This document shows positions 30,026-38,404 of a DNA stretch of 64,000 nt, piece by piece. The notes beneath the pieces were generated by a model, which was not told the origin of the DNA, made no database searches, and saw only the letters and a program-made list of their open reading frames with translations. The stretch covers positions 1,056,001 through 1,120,000 of the forward strand of contig OZ242274.1 in assembly GCA_965207375.1 (NCBI GenBank), read 5' to 3'. Within the stretch, counting starts at the first letter, position 1; every line of letters starts with the position of its first letter. The translations under genes and the position numbers were made by a program. This DNA is from Nitrosopumilaceae archaeon. Its GTDB lineage: Archaea > Thermoproteota > Nitrososphaeria > Nitrososphaerales > Nitrosopumilaceae.

Positions 30026-31098
30026 CCCCTCATTTTCTTGATGTTTTTGAAATAATCGTCACTTAGTTTGTCATAATATGTGTCAAGCTTTTTGTATAGT
30101 CTTTTTTGATTTCGCCTCTTTTGGTTGCTTAAAACGTACAGTGCAAGAATTGGAAATGCAATAGTTGCGTCTGCATATACTGTGACGTTGTCTTTGTGTG
30201 CATCTTGTATTTTGCCCCAGCTTTTGCCTTCTTGCAATGTTGCACCTGAAAGGCCGCCTGTATCTGGCCTTGCATCGGTAATCTGTATGATGTAATCCTG
30301 ACCTCCGTCATTTTTACGTAAAATTTGATCAAGCAATGGACCTGTCTGTTGTGCTGTATTCTTTGGAACCCCACCTCCAAGCTCTATGATTCCTGATTTT
30401 TTTGAATTGTACACGATTGCGCCCTGCTCTAGAATCTCCCTTACAAAATCCAAACTGTATACCTTGTTTTGAAGTCTGTGTACTGCTAGATTCAATGCAA
30501 GCGATGAGTCCTTTAAGGTGGATATGTAAATTGGGACATCGTGTTTGTATGCAGATGCCACAAAACTTTTTTCTGGATATTTTGATTTGTCAGTGCTCAT
30601 TTTCCCTAAAAAGTTGCAAAACTGTGCAGTTGTAAACGGTCTATCTGTAAATTTATCCTTGTACAAATTTTGTATAATTTGATCCTCTGCCTCTAGTGTT
30701 TCATAAAATTTTATGTAAACATCTCTAATTCTTACGATTTCATTTTCGTATAGTTTGGCATCATCAACATCAAAATGCCCCTGTTTTACGGGAAGTCCCC
30801 AAGCAAAATGATCTTCATGATACACATTTGCACCAGTTGTGATAATCCAGTCTACAAAACCCCTTTCTATTAGAGTCTTAAATATTCCTCCAAATCCTAC
30901 TGGAGTCATAGCCCCTGAGACCGTAAGACATATGGTTGCATCCTCTTTGATCATTTTTGCATAAAGTTTTGCAGCCTCTCCTAGTTGTCTTGCGTTGAAT
31001 CCGGATCCAGAAAACACCTCGATAAGATCCTCGATATTCATTTTGGGATCAAGTTCTATGTGCGGGATGTTTTTGCCCTCAAATCTGTGATGATCCAT
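30022..31098 (-). CDS. dys: deoxyhypusine synthase family protein
   Basis: ITTGAN, GGGVPKN, DTGGLSGATLQEGKSWGK, DATIAFP. Confidence 0.9.
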   Translation of the reverse strand: MDHHRFEGKNIPHIELDPKMNIEDLIEVFSGSGFNARQLGEAAKLYAKMIKEDATICLTVSGAMTPVGFGGIFKTLIERGFVDWIITTGANVYHEDHFAWGLPVKQGHFDVDDAKLYENEIVRIRDVYIKFYETLEAEDQIIQNLYKDKFTDRPFTTAQFCNFLGKMSTDKSKYPEKSFVASAYKHDVPIYISTLKDSSLALNLAVHRLQNKVYSLDFVREILEQGAIVYNSKKSGIIELGGGVPKNTAQQTGPLLDQILRKNDGGQDYIIQITDARPDTGGLSGATLQEGKSWGKIQDAHKDNVTVYADATIAFPILALYVLSNQKRRNQKRLYKKLDTYYDKLSDDYFKNIKKMRG

Positions 31099-31175
31099 GC
31101 ACTTTTGGATTATTTTCGGCTACATAATAATTCCTATGTGTAAAATCCAAAATACTAGACACATCTATAATTATT

Positions 31176-31514
31176 ATGAAGTTCGTTGATGTTTCTTGTC
31201 AGGACAGAACAGACAGCAAACCGGATCAAACTATAATCGTATTTGAAAATGCTAGCTTTGCTCAACAGGATTTTACAGTTAACAAAGTTGAGCTGTGTTT
31301 GTACCGTGAAAAAACCGATGCTAATTTAGGGATTTATTCACTGATTACATCAGTTGTTCATACAGACAAGGGCTGCATCGAAATGACATATGATGAAGGG
31401 TTTCGTGGCACAGACTCACTCAAAAGTGCGGCTCAGTTTTTATCCTCCACCCTAGGTGTGTCCGGAGTGGTACTTCGCTCCATCATTGCCCTCAATGATC
31501 TGATAAAGACATAG
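31176..31514 (+). CDS. hypothetical protein
   Basis: 112-aa ORF with TATA-like box upstream. Confidence 0.7.
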   Translation: MKFVDVSCQDRTDSKPDQTIIVFENASFAQQDFTVNKVELCLYREKTDANLGIYSLITSVVHTDKGCIEMTYDEGFRGTDSLKSAAQFLSSTLGVSGVVLRSIIALNDLIKT

Positions 31515-31549
31515 TGTTACAACCCTTTCTAAAGTTTGAATGGTGGAGC

Positions 31550-31663
31550 TAGGATTTGGGCCACATGTCGCTTAACCTGTGGATAAAATAGGCTAAAATC
31601 TGACCCAAAATGCAAAGAGATCAATATGGGTGGGGTAGGATTTGGGCCACATGTCGCTTAGCT
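31550..31663 (+). mobile_element. degenerate ISH3-MITE copy with a duplicated right end
   Basis: taggatttgggccacatgtcgctta occurs twice, flanking left-end-like aaaataggctaaaatc...aaaatgcaaa. Confidence 0.75.
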
Positions 31664-31704
31664 ATTTACATAACATTTAATTCCAAAATTTTTTGTGTGT
31701 AACT

Positions 31705-33561
31705 ATGCGAATCTTACAGCTCCATTGCGACAGCATTGACTATACTCCTACAAAAAAAGAGATTACAGATGCAGAACATGTCAAAAACCCCGAATCTGTA
31801 CATCTCAAAGAGCTCGTAGTCGCATTTGTTGCAATAGAGGATGGTGATGATTCATCTGTGGCACAAAATGCAATGGCTCAAATCAAATTGTATATGAAAC
31901 AAATTGGCTGTAAGAAACTATTATTGTATCCGTATGCTCATCTTAGCTCCAATCTGGCATCACCTTCTACTGCCTTGTCGTTGATTTTGGAGATAGAGTC
32001 TGCCGCATCTGATCTTGAGGTGTACCACTCACCATTTGGCTGGACAAAATCTTATAGTATCAAAGTAAAGGGGCATCCTTTGGCAGAAAGCTTCAAGGTA
32101 ATAACTCGTGACGGTAAGGACGTAGATGACTCGTCTAATGCACTCAAGGGCGAATCTAAAATAAAGTCATATTGGAATATTTTATCTCCTGATGGAACAC
32201 TGACCTTGATTGAAGACTATGATTTTGCAAATCATCCTAAATTGGAAATTCTATCAAAATACGAATCTGATAAAAAACGCAATGTGGATGAGCCTCCACC
32301 ACATGTTGCATTGATGAAAAAAATGGCAATTGCAGATTATGAACCTGCTTCTGATTCTGGCAACATGAGATTTTATCCAAATGGACGACTGATCAAATCT
32401 TTGATTGAACAATACGTGACAAACCGCATCAAAGCATATGGTGGATATGAGGTGGAGACTCCTATAATGTATGATTCACATCATCCAAGCATGAAAAGTT
32501 ACTTTAATCGATTTCCTGCAAGACAGTACAGTATAGATTCTGAGGGAAAACAACTCTTTTTGCGTTTTGCTGCATGCTTTGGACAATTTCTCATGGCACA
32601 TGACTTTCAAATGTCGTACAAGAATCTGCCTTATCGGCTGTACGAGCTTACCAGGTACAGCTTTCGACGAGAGCAATCAGGCGAACTAGTGGGATTGCGG
32701 CGATTGCGTGCCTTTACAATGCCTGACTGTCATGCGTTTTGTGCAGATATGGACCAGGCATTAGATGAACTTAAAACTCGTTTTGATCTTTCAAAAAGTG
32801 TAATTTCTGAGTTGGGCATCAAAGAAGACAATTATGAGATGGCAATTAGGTTTACTGAGGATTTTTACAATGAAAACAAGTCTTTGATTTTAGAGCTTGT
32901 AAAAAAACACGGAAAACCTGTCCTAGTTGAAATGTGGAAGGAAAAATTCTTTTATTTTGTTTTAAAATGGGAGTTTAATTACATTGATAATCTTGGAAAG
33001 GCATCTGCTCTTTCTACTGATCAAATAGATATAGAAAACGGTAGTCGTTACGGAATAGACTTTGTTGATGAAAACAACATACGCAAACATCCTTTGATTT
33101 TACACAACTCGCCAAGTGGGGCAGTAGAACGTGTAATTTATGCACTGCTAGAAAATGCTGCCAAAGATGCCAAAAAAGGCATAAAGCCGCAGCTGCCCTT
33201 GTGGCTGTCTCCGACCCAGGTTAGAATAATACCACTAAAAGAAGAGTTTGCAGAATTTAGCAAAAATTTGGCAGACAAAATATCTGCAAACAATATACGG
33301 GTTGATATTGATGATAGAAACGAATCTATTGCAAAACGTGTCCGCGAGGCAGAAAAGGAATGGATTCATTACATTTTAGTCATTGGAGAAAAAGAGATCG
33401 ATTCTGCAATTCTTAACATGAGGGACAGACAAACAGGAGACCTGCGCCAGCTATCTCTTGAGGATCTTGTAGGTGAAATTAAACAAAAAACAAGGGACAA
33501 GCCCTTTTCAACTCTCAATCTTCCACAGTATCTATCTCGGCGCCCACAAATCATGGTATGA
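31705..33561 (+). CDS. thrS: threonine--tRNA ligase (archaeal type with N-terminal editing domain)
   Basis: LLYPYAHLS, PFGWTK, FRREQSGEL.GL.RLRAFTMPDCH, LWLSPTQVR. Confidence 0.97.
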   Translation: MRILQLHCDSIDYTPTKKEITDAEHVKNPESVHLKELVVAFVAIEDGDDSSVAQNAMAQIKLYMKQIGCKKLLLYPYAHLSSNLASPSTALSLILEIESAASDLEVYHSPFGWTKSYSIKVKGHPLAESFKVITRDGKDVDDSSNALKGESKIKSYWNILSPDGTLTLIEDYDFANHPKLEILSKYESDKKRNVDEPPPHVALMKKMAIADYEPASDSGNMRFYPNGRLIKSLIEQYVTNRIKAYGGYEVETPIMYDSHHPSMKSYFNRFPARQYSIDSEGKQLFLRFAACFGQFLMAHDFQMSYKNLPYRLYELTRYSFRREQSGELVGLRRLRAFTMPDCHAFCADMDQALDELKTRFDLSKSVISELGIKEDNYEMAIRFTEDFYNENKSLILELVKKHGKPVLVEMWKEKFFYFVLKWEFNYIDNLGKASALSTDQIDIENGSRYGIDFVDENNIRKHPLILHNSPSGAVERVIYALLENAAKDAKKGIKPQLPLWLSPTQVRIIPLKEEFAEFSKNLADKISANNIRVDIDDRNESIAKRVREAEKEWIHYILVIGEKEIDSAILNMRDRQTGDLRQLSLEDLVGEIKQKTRDKPFSTLNLPQYLSRRPQIMV

Positions 33562-33567
33562 TGTGAG

Positions 33568-34437
33568 ATGAGTTTTTCAGAACTATACATGAGTCGCAAT
33601 CCTCTAATTACTGCATCCTGCGAGGGGGAACCTGTTGCTACTGTTTTTGGAATCCCATTTGATTCTACGCATTCATACAAGCCAGGATGCCGTTTTGGTC
33701 CAGATGCAATACGTGAGGCCTTTAACAATATCGAGATATTTCATCCACAACTACAAGTTGATCTTGAAACCGTAAATATTGAGGATCTTGGAAATATCAC
33801 CCACACTGTTGCCTCATCTGAAATGATTGAGATGGCAACAAAGGTAACCCAAGAACTAGCTCAAAAAAACTATCAGCTTTTTGTTTTGGGAGGAGAACAC
33901 TCTGTCACGTATGGCACATACATGGGCTTTCCAAAGCAAACAGGTTATATTGTATTTGATGCACATTATGATTTACGAGATCAGTATGCAGGCACAAAAC
34001 TGAGTCATGCATCGTATTTGAGAAGAATTGTAGAGCAACGAGGTGCAGACAATATCATTCATGTGGGTGCACGTGCATTTGTAAAAGAAGAACTTGCATT
34101 TTTAACACAACACAAAATCAAAACCATCTCTGATAAGGATATTCGCAACGGCAAAGGGCCACAACTAGTACGTGATGCAATTTCTGTTTTTGATAGAACC
34201 TATGCAAGCTTTGATTTGGATGTTTTAGATCCTGCATTTGCCCCAGGGGTTGGAAATCCCGAATCTGAAGGAATCACATCTCGGGAATTATTTGACATGA
34301 TTCGTTTTATGGCAGATGCCAAACTAGTAGGAATTGACATTGTGGAATTAAATCCCACATATGATACAGGAGCTACTGCAGTGTTGGCTGCCAAGATAAT
34401 ATCTACAATCATTGCAATGAATCTCTCAAAGATTTAG
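33568..34437 (+). CDS. speB: agmatinase (ureohydrolase)
   Basis: GGEHS, DAHYD, SFDLDVLDPAFAPG. Confidence 0.93.
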   Translation: MSFSELYMSRNPLITASCEGEPVATVFGIPFDSTHSYKPGCRFGPDAIREAFNNIEIFHPQLQVDLETVNIEDLGNITHTVASSEMIEMATKVTQELAQKNYQLFVLGGEHSVTYGTYMGFPKQTGYIVFDAHYDLRDQYAGTKLSHASYLRRIVEQRGADNIIHVGARAFVKEELAFLTQHKIKTISDKDIRNGKGPQLVRDAISVFDRTYASFDLDVLDPAFAPGVGNPESEGITSRELFDMIRFMADAKLVGIDIVELNPTYDTGATAVLAAKIISTIIAMNLSKI

Positions 34438-34458
34438 TTGTGTGGTTTTTGATAGTTG

Positions 34459-34596
34459 GTAATTGACAAATCTTGCCAAAATTTACACTTGCCACGATTT
34501 ACAATATGTGCTGACTTGTGTTTTATCAAATACTGGCAAAAAATGTTAGACAGTGATATTGTGTTTAATTTGTAGCCTCTATTTTCTTCAAGGTGT
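34459..34596 (-). pseudogene. 3' remnant of a third copy of the variable surface-protein gene
   Basis: Encodes ...TLKKIEATN-stop plus the roughly 100-bp 3' flank shared with 35810-35912 and 52542-52642. Confidence 0.85.
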
Positions 34597-34644
34597 AAGT
34601 AGAGCCTGACAACAACTGAGTGGAGAGAATGAACCTGCGTTTTG

Positions 34645-34891
34645 TATCAATACGGAACGATGGAGGCGGGAATCACTCTGCTGCAGGCATGATGCCAATT
34701 CTATACTGTTTACCATACTGGCAACTAGCAAGATTCAAGATACTGTCTTTTATGACATTCTAAGAAATTCCTACAGCCCCAGATAGCATTATTTCATTTC
34801 TGTATATCATATCCTGAGGAATACCAAATTGCAATTATAGTGGATGTTGTGCATGACCATCTGAGAGATCTTCAAAAAGCGAAACAGTTAC
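34645..34891 (+). mobile_element. IS66 right-end remnant (different IS66 from 4383-6119)
   Basis: Encodes GGGNHSAAG/ANSILFTILAT-like TnpC tail; ends cttcaaaaagcgaaacagttac; inverted copy at 17042-17290. Confidence 0.75.
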
Positions 34892-35000
34892 ATTTTTTAA
34901 ACTGCATGATTTCTACTTGAATAATTTGTCATAAAAATCGTCTTTAGACCTGTTGGTGCATTTTGGGGATCTTAGAATAATTTGATCTGAGAACCATTTA

Positions 35001-35246
35001 TCATAATTTTTTTAAAAAATCTTCTTTTTTGATTTCTGCAAGAGATAAAATGCCAAAAATAGTCCCAACCTTCACCTCTTTGTGTAATGGAACTATTGTG
35101 ACTATTTTTCTATCTTTTAGAAATCTATGCAAAACAATATGACTTCCTCTCTGACGTGAGACTTGAAAATCAAAGTTGTCAACAAGAATTTTAACTATCT
35201 TATTTCCTTCAAGTCTAGGGAATTTCAACGCTTGACATCCCAACAA
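35001..35246 (-). CDS. hicA: HicA-family mRNA interferase toxin (likely start TTG 35228)
   Basis: RQRGSHIVL...IVPLHKEVKVGTIFGIL. Confidence 0.88.
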   Translation of the reverse strand: MLGCQALKFPRLEGNKIVKILVDNFDFQVSRQRGSHIVLHRFLKDRKIVTIVPLHKEVKVGTIFGILSLAEIKKEDFLKKL

Positions 35247-35424
35247 TATCTATATTCTGTATGGTATTTTTTACATCTGGCATTTCTTCAAGATAAAGAT
35301 TAACTGCTTCTTTGATATTTGTTAATGCTTCTTCTATTGTGGTGCCTTGTGTGGTCACCCCTGTAGATGCTTCCTTTATCACGTACGTGTCGCCTTCCCT
35401 CCAAAATATTGTCTGTAATTTCAT
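35215..35424 (-). CDS. hicB: HicB-family antitoxin
   Basis: TQGTTIEEALTNIKEAVNLYLE. Confidence 0.88.
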   Translation of the reverse strand: MKLQTIFWREGDTYVIKEASTGVTTQGTTIEEALTNIKEAVNLYLEEMPDVKNTIQNIDIVGMSSVEIP

Positions 35425-35466
35425 GTCTTAATTGCAAGTCAAATGATTTTAATCTTTTTGGTTTGA

Positions 35467-35567
35467 CAGCTAAGCGAAATGTAATCCAAACTCTTACACT
35501 GACCATATTGTTCTGTTTACATTTCAGAGTAGATTTTGGCCTATTTTGCCCACATTTCGCTTAGCTG
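35467..35567 (-). mobile_element. 101-bp ISH3-derived MITE with 5-bp TSD
   Basis: TIRs cagctaagcgaaatgt / acatttcgcttagctg; TTTGA at 35462-35466 and 35568-35572. Confidence 0.92.
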
Positions 35568-35571
35568 TTTG

Positions 35572-35591
35572 ACTAGTTTGTGTTATAACCC
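35572..35591. repeat. isolated IS5-like terminal repeat
   Basis: Exact reverse complement of 3301-3320 (gggttataacacaaactagt). Confidence 0.7.
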
Positions 35592-35912
35592 TGCCTAGAA
35601 TTTTTCAAAATTTGCAGTTTTCAGGCCAGATTCCATCTGGGAGAGATCAACATGATGATACAATAGACAAAGTTTGACCTTTCAGATCCAAATAGCAGGA
35701 CTGCCCTACTCATCTCAGATTGAACATAAGAGATGGGCAAACAGTCCTGACACGATACGAAACAAGGAGACATAATCTTCGGCAACGCCTTGTACCTGAG
35801 AGGTGGTTCGTAATTGACAAATCTTGTCAAAATTTCTATTTGATTATGCAAGTTCCAAGCCTTTTGTGTTTTATGACACAATAACAGAAAATGTTAGACA
35901 GTGATATTGTGT

Positions 35913-37922
35913 TTAATTTGCAGTCTCTATTTTCTTCAAGGTGTCAGCTATTTGTTGCCATAATGGATTAGAATATTTTTGAGTGTTGTTTTGAGCCTCT
36001 GCTGCAGTCATAGGATTATCATGTTCTGTAATGTTAAATGCTGCCAAGACTCTATTCCATAAATCAGCTTGTTCTTTTACAGCTTCAATTAAAGTTGCAT
36101 TTATCGTGTATGGTGATTCTGGTACTGGTTCTACTGTAGGTGTTGGTTCTACTGGTTCAACCTGTGGTGTATCTTGAGCAATATTTGATGTGTGATTAAT
36201 CTGTGGTACGTGTATTTCCTGTGGCTCTTGTGGTGGTGTATTTTGTGTTGCATTTTGCTGTTGCTGCTGTTGTTGCTGCTGCTGCTGTTGTTGTTGCTGT
36301 GCAATTGCAGCCTCACGCTCTTGTAAGATATTTGCAATCTTGACCCATAATGGACTAGAGTATTTCTTTGTATTTGCCTGAGCCTCTGCTGCAGTAAGTG
36401 GATTATCATGTTGTATCACTCCAAATGCTGCAAGTGCTCTATTCCATCTGTCAACGTGTTGGTGACCGTGATGTACTTGACTTGCAAGGTACTTTATATC
36501 CTCAATTAGTTCTGGATCAGCTGTAGGTATTAGTATAGATTCTGGTACAATGTATGGTGTATCTTGTGCAATATTTGATGTATGATTAATCTGTGGTACA
36601 TGTATTTCCTGTGGTGAATCTTGAGGTTGCTGTGCGGCTGCATCCCTTGCAGCCTCTAATTTCTTTAATTCTTCATATACCAAATTCCAAAATGGCACGT
36701 TGCTGTATTTTTCTACATTGGCTAGAGCCTCTTCTGCAGTCATAGGATTAGAGTGTTCTATTTCTCCAAATGCTGCCAAGACCCTATTCCATAAATCAAC
36801 GTGTTCTGCACCAAGCTGCGTTTGTGTTGCCATTATCTTTGCACCGTCTATTACTGATGGATCAATTTCATCATACGGATTTTCTGGTATTGGAACGCCA
36901 GTTTTGATGGGGGTTAGGTCACCGCCAATATCATTGTCAGTTATATCAATTGTTATGCTAGAAGACCCAACTATTGTATAAGATGAGTGTGGGCGTATCG
37001 TAAACGTAACACTGCCGTCATTTTCGTTTGCATTATCATTGTTGGTAAATATACCGTAGGCTCTTGTATCTGGAGTTGTTATGTAATTACCTGGTGGTGT
37101 CAAAGAGTCAATGAAATCTCCAGTCTGTGAAATGGTGATATGTACTGCTATGTCCTGACTTGCATCCCACAATGCATTTACTGTTGTGCCTTCAACCACT
37201 GATGGATCCTGCGTATTCCACCTCAAATTACTTATTGTAGGTCCTGTAGGCTGTACAGTGGTAGTAGCACCAAACGAAGCCTCCCAATAATGTTGGCTGC
37301 TTTGTATTATATCTGATGGAGTGTGTGAATGTATCCAGTCATAGAGGTATGGGTTATCTACAGTGCGTTCTACTATTGGTGAAACCTGGACAAGTAGTGA
37401 TTCACCATTTACAACATTTCCTGCGTATGTAGTCCATGAGGCAGTACCTGTATTTGACCCTTCATTGATGGTTATCTTTTTGAAGAGCCAAGGATTGTTG
37501 CCTCTAAATGTTTCAGTGTCGCTGCCAGTGCCACCTACTGTGGCCATATTGAAATTATCACATCTATTTGCTGTACCGTGTGGCTTGGAACTGTGAGATA
37601 ATTGACAGTCATCAATTTGTACCCAAAATTCTATTTTCTCTCCTGTTTTGAGGCTCTCATCTAGAGTTACAGTTACTGTGAAGGGTTGGCCATGAGCTGT
37701 ATTACTGGTTGTGACTTGGGCCTTGTTTATCTTGCCATCATCTCTATAAAATTGAGGGGACATTGTAACGGATGAATCCTCTTGGTGACAGAATTGGTTA
37801 GTCAGTGATTTGGATCTAATGTCCCAACATAACTCATGTTCGGAGAATGCCTCTGGTGTTTGAACACCAAACAATAATGATACTGAAACTGCCATAATAA
37901 CTGCAAAGTATAATGTTTTCAC
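35913..37922 (-). CDS. secreted variable surface protein, copy 1 (hypervariable N-domain, Calx-beta-like domain, 3 helical repeats, Q/P-rich linkers)
   Basis: Signal peptide; NDNANENDGSVTFTI...ITDND; three WNRxLAAF...NP(M/L)TAxEA...KY..P.W repeats; paralog at 52643-54778. Confidence 0.85.
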   Translation of the reverse strand: MKTLYFAVIMAVSVSLLFGVQTPEAFSEHELCWDIRSKSLTNQFCHQEDSSVTMSPQFYRDDGKINKAQVTTSNTAHGQPFTVTVTLDESLKTGEKIEFWVQIDDCQLSHSSKPHGTANRCDNFNMATVGGTGSDTETFRGNNPWLFKKITINEGSNTGTASWTTYAGNVVNGESLLVQVSPIVERTVDNPYLYDWIHSHTPSDIIQSSQHYWEASFGATTTVQPTGPTISNLRWNTQDPSVVEGTTVNALWDASQDIAVHITISQTGDFIDSLTPPGNYITTPDTRAYGIFTNNDNANENDGSVTFTIRPHSSYTIVGSSSITIDITDNDIGGDLTPIKTGVPIPENPYDEIDPSVIDGAKIMATQTQLGAEHVDLWNRVLAAFGEIEHSNPMTAEEALANVEKYSNVPFWNLVYEELKKLEAARDAAAQQPQDSPQEIHVPQINHTSNIAQDTPYIVPESILIPTADPELIEDIKYLASQVHHGHQHVDRWNRALAAFGVIQHDNPLTAAEAQANTKKYSSPLWVKIANILQEREAAIAQQQQQQQQQQQQQQQNATQNTPPQEPQEIHVPQINHTSNIAQDTPQVEPVEPTPTVEPVPESPYTINATLIEAVKEQADLWNRVLAAFNITEHDNPMTAAEAQNNTQKYSNPLWQQIADTLKKIETAN

Positions 37923-37931
37923 AAAATTAAC

Positions 37932-37950
37932 GGGGGGGGGGTTCTAAAAA
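37932..37950 (-). promoter_or_regulatory. TATA-like box TTTTTAGA followed by a C10 homopolymer, 9 nt before the GTG start
   Basis: Plus strand G10 at 37932-37941 then ttctaaaaa; box begins about 28 nt before the start codon. Confidence 0.6.
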
Positions 37951-38038
37951 TGTTGCGATTTGAACCAAGAGGTAAAATGAATCCATAATTGCCATCTGAG
38001 ACATGATTCATAATTAGATCTGGGCACGGATTTTTGCT

Positions 38039-38146
38039 CTTGTTAGGCGTGATTTTCTAATTACGACTCACCTCTTAGAGGAAACAGGAATATCCGTATG
38101 GACCCTAAACTTGTTAGGCGTGATTTTCTAATTACGACTCACCTCT
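38039..38146. repeat. two identical 37-bp direct repeats separated by a 34-bp unique spacer (CRISPR-like mini-array; no cas genes in window)
   Basis: cttgttaggcgtgattttctaattacgactcacctct at 38039-38075 and 38110-38146. Confidence 0.85.
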
Positions 38147-38404
38147 CTGGATTATTTTGACTGCATTTTACCTATACGTACAAACATCAAAAAATGTCTG
38201 TATCTGTTACCTTTGCTTTGAATTTATGGTAATTTTAGGCATCAAATTACCTTTTTAAAAATAGAACAAAAATCTAGGATGATGTTAACTGTTACAAATG
38301 TTTCATGTATCTAGATGAACAGTTATGCCTGTATGATTTTAGATGATCTGAGAAAACCACAGATCAGGCACAACATACAAAAACCAGATAATCGTTTCAC
38401 ATAT

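Noticed and set aside
35592-35881. ORF 35621-35881 and the sequence after the IS5-like end
   Set aside because: Overlaps the conserved non-coding 3' flank; no motifs; probably IS debris
37270-37840. Diversity-generating retroelement as the source of the hypervariable loops
   Set aside because: No reverse transcriptase or template repeat in the window; differences involve all bases and include indels
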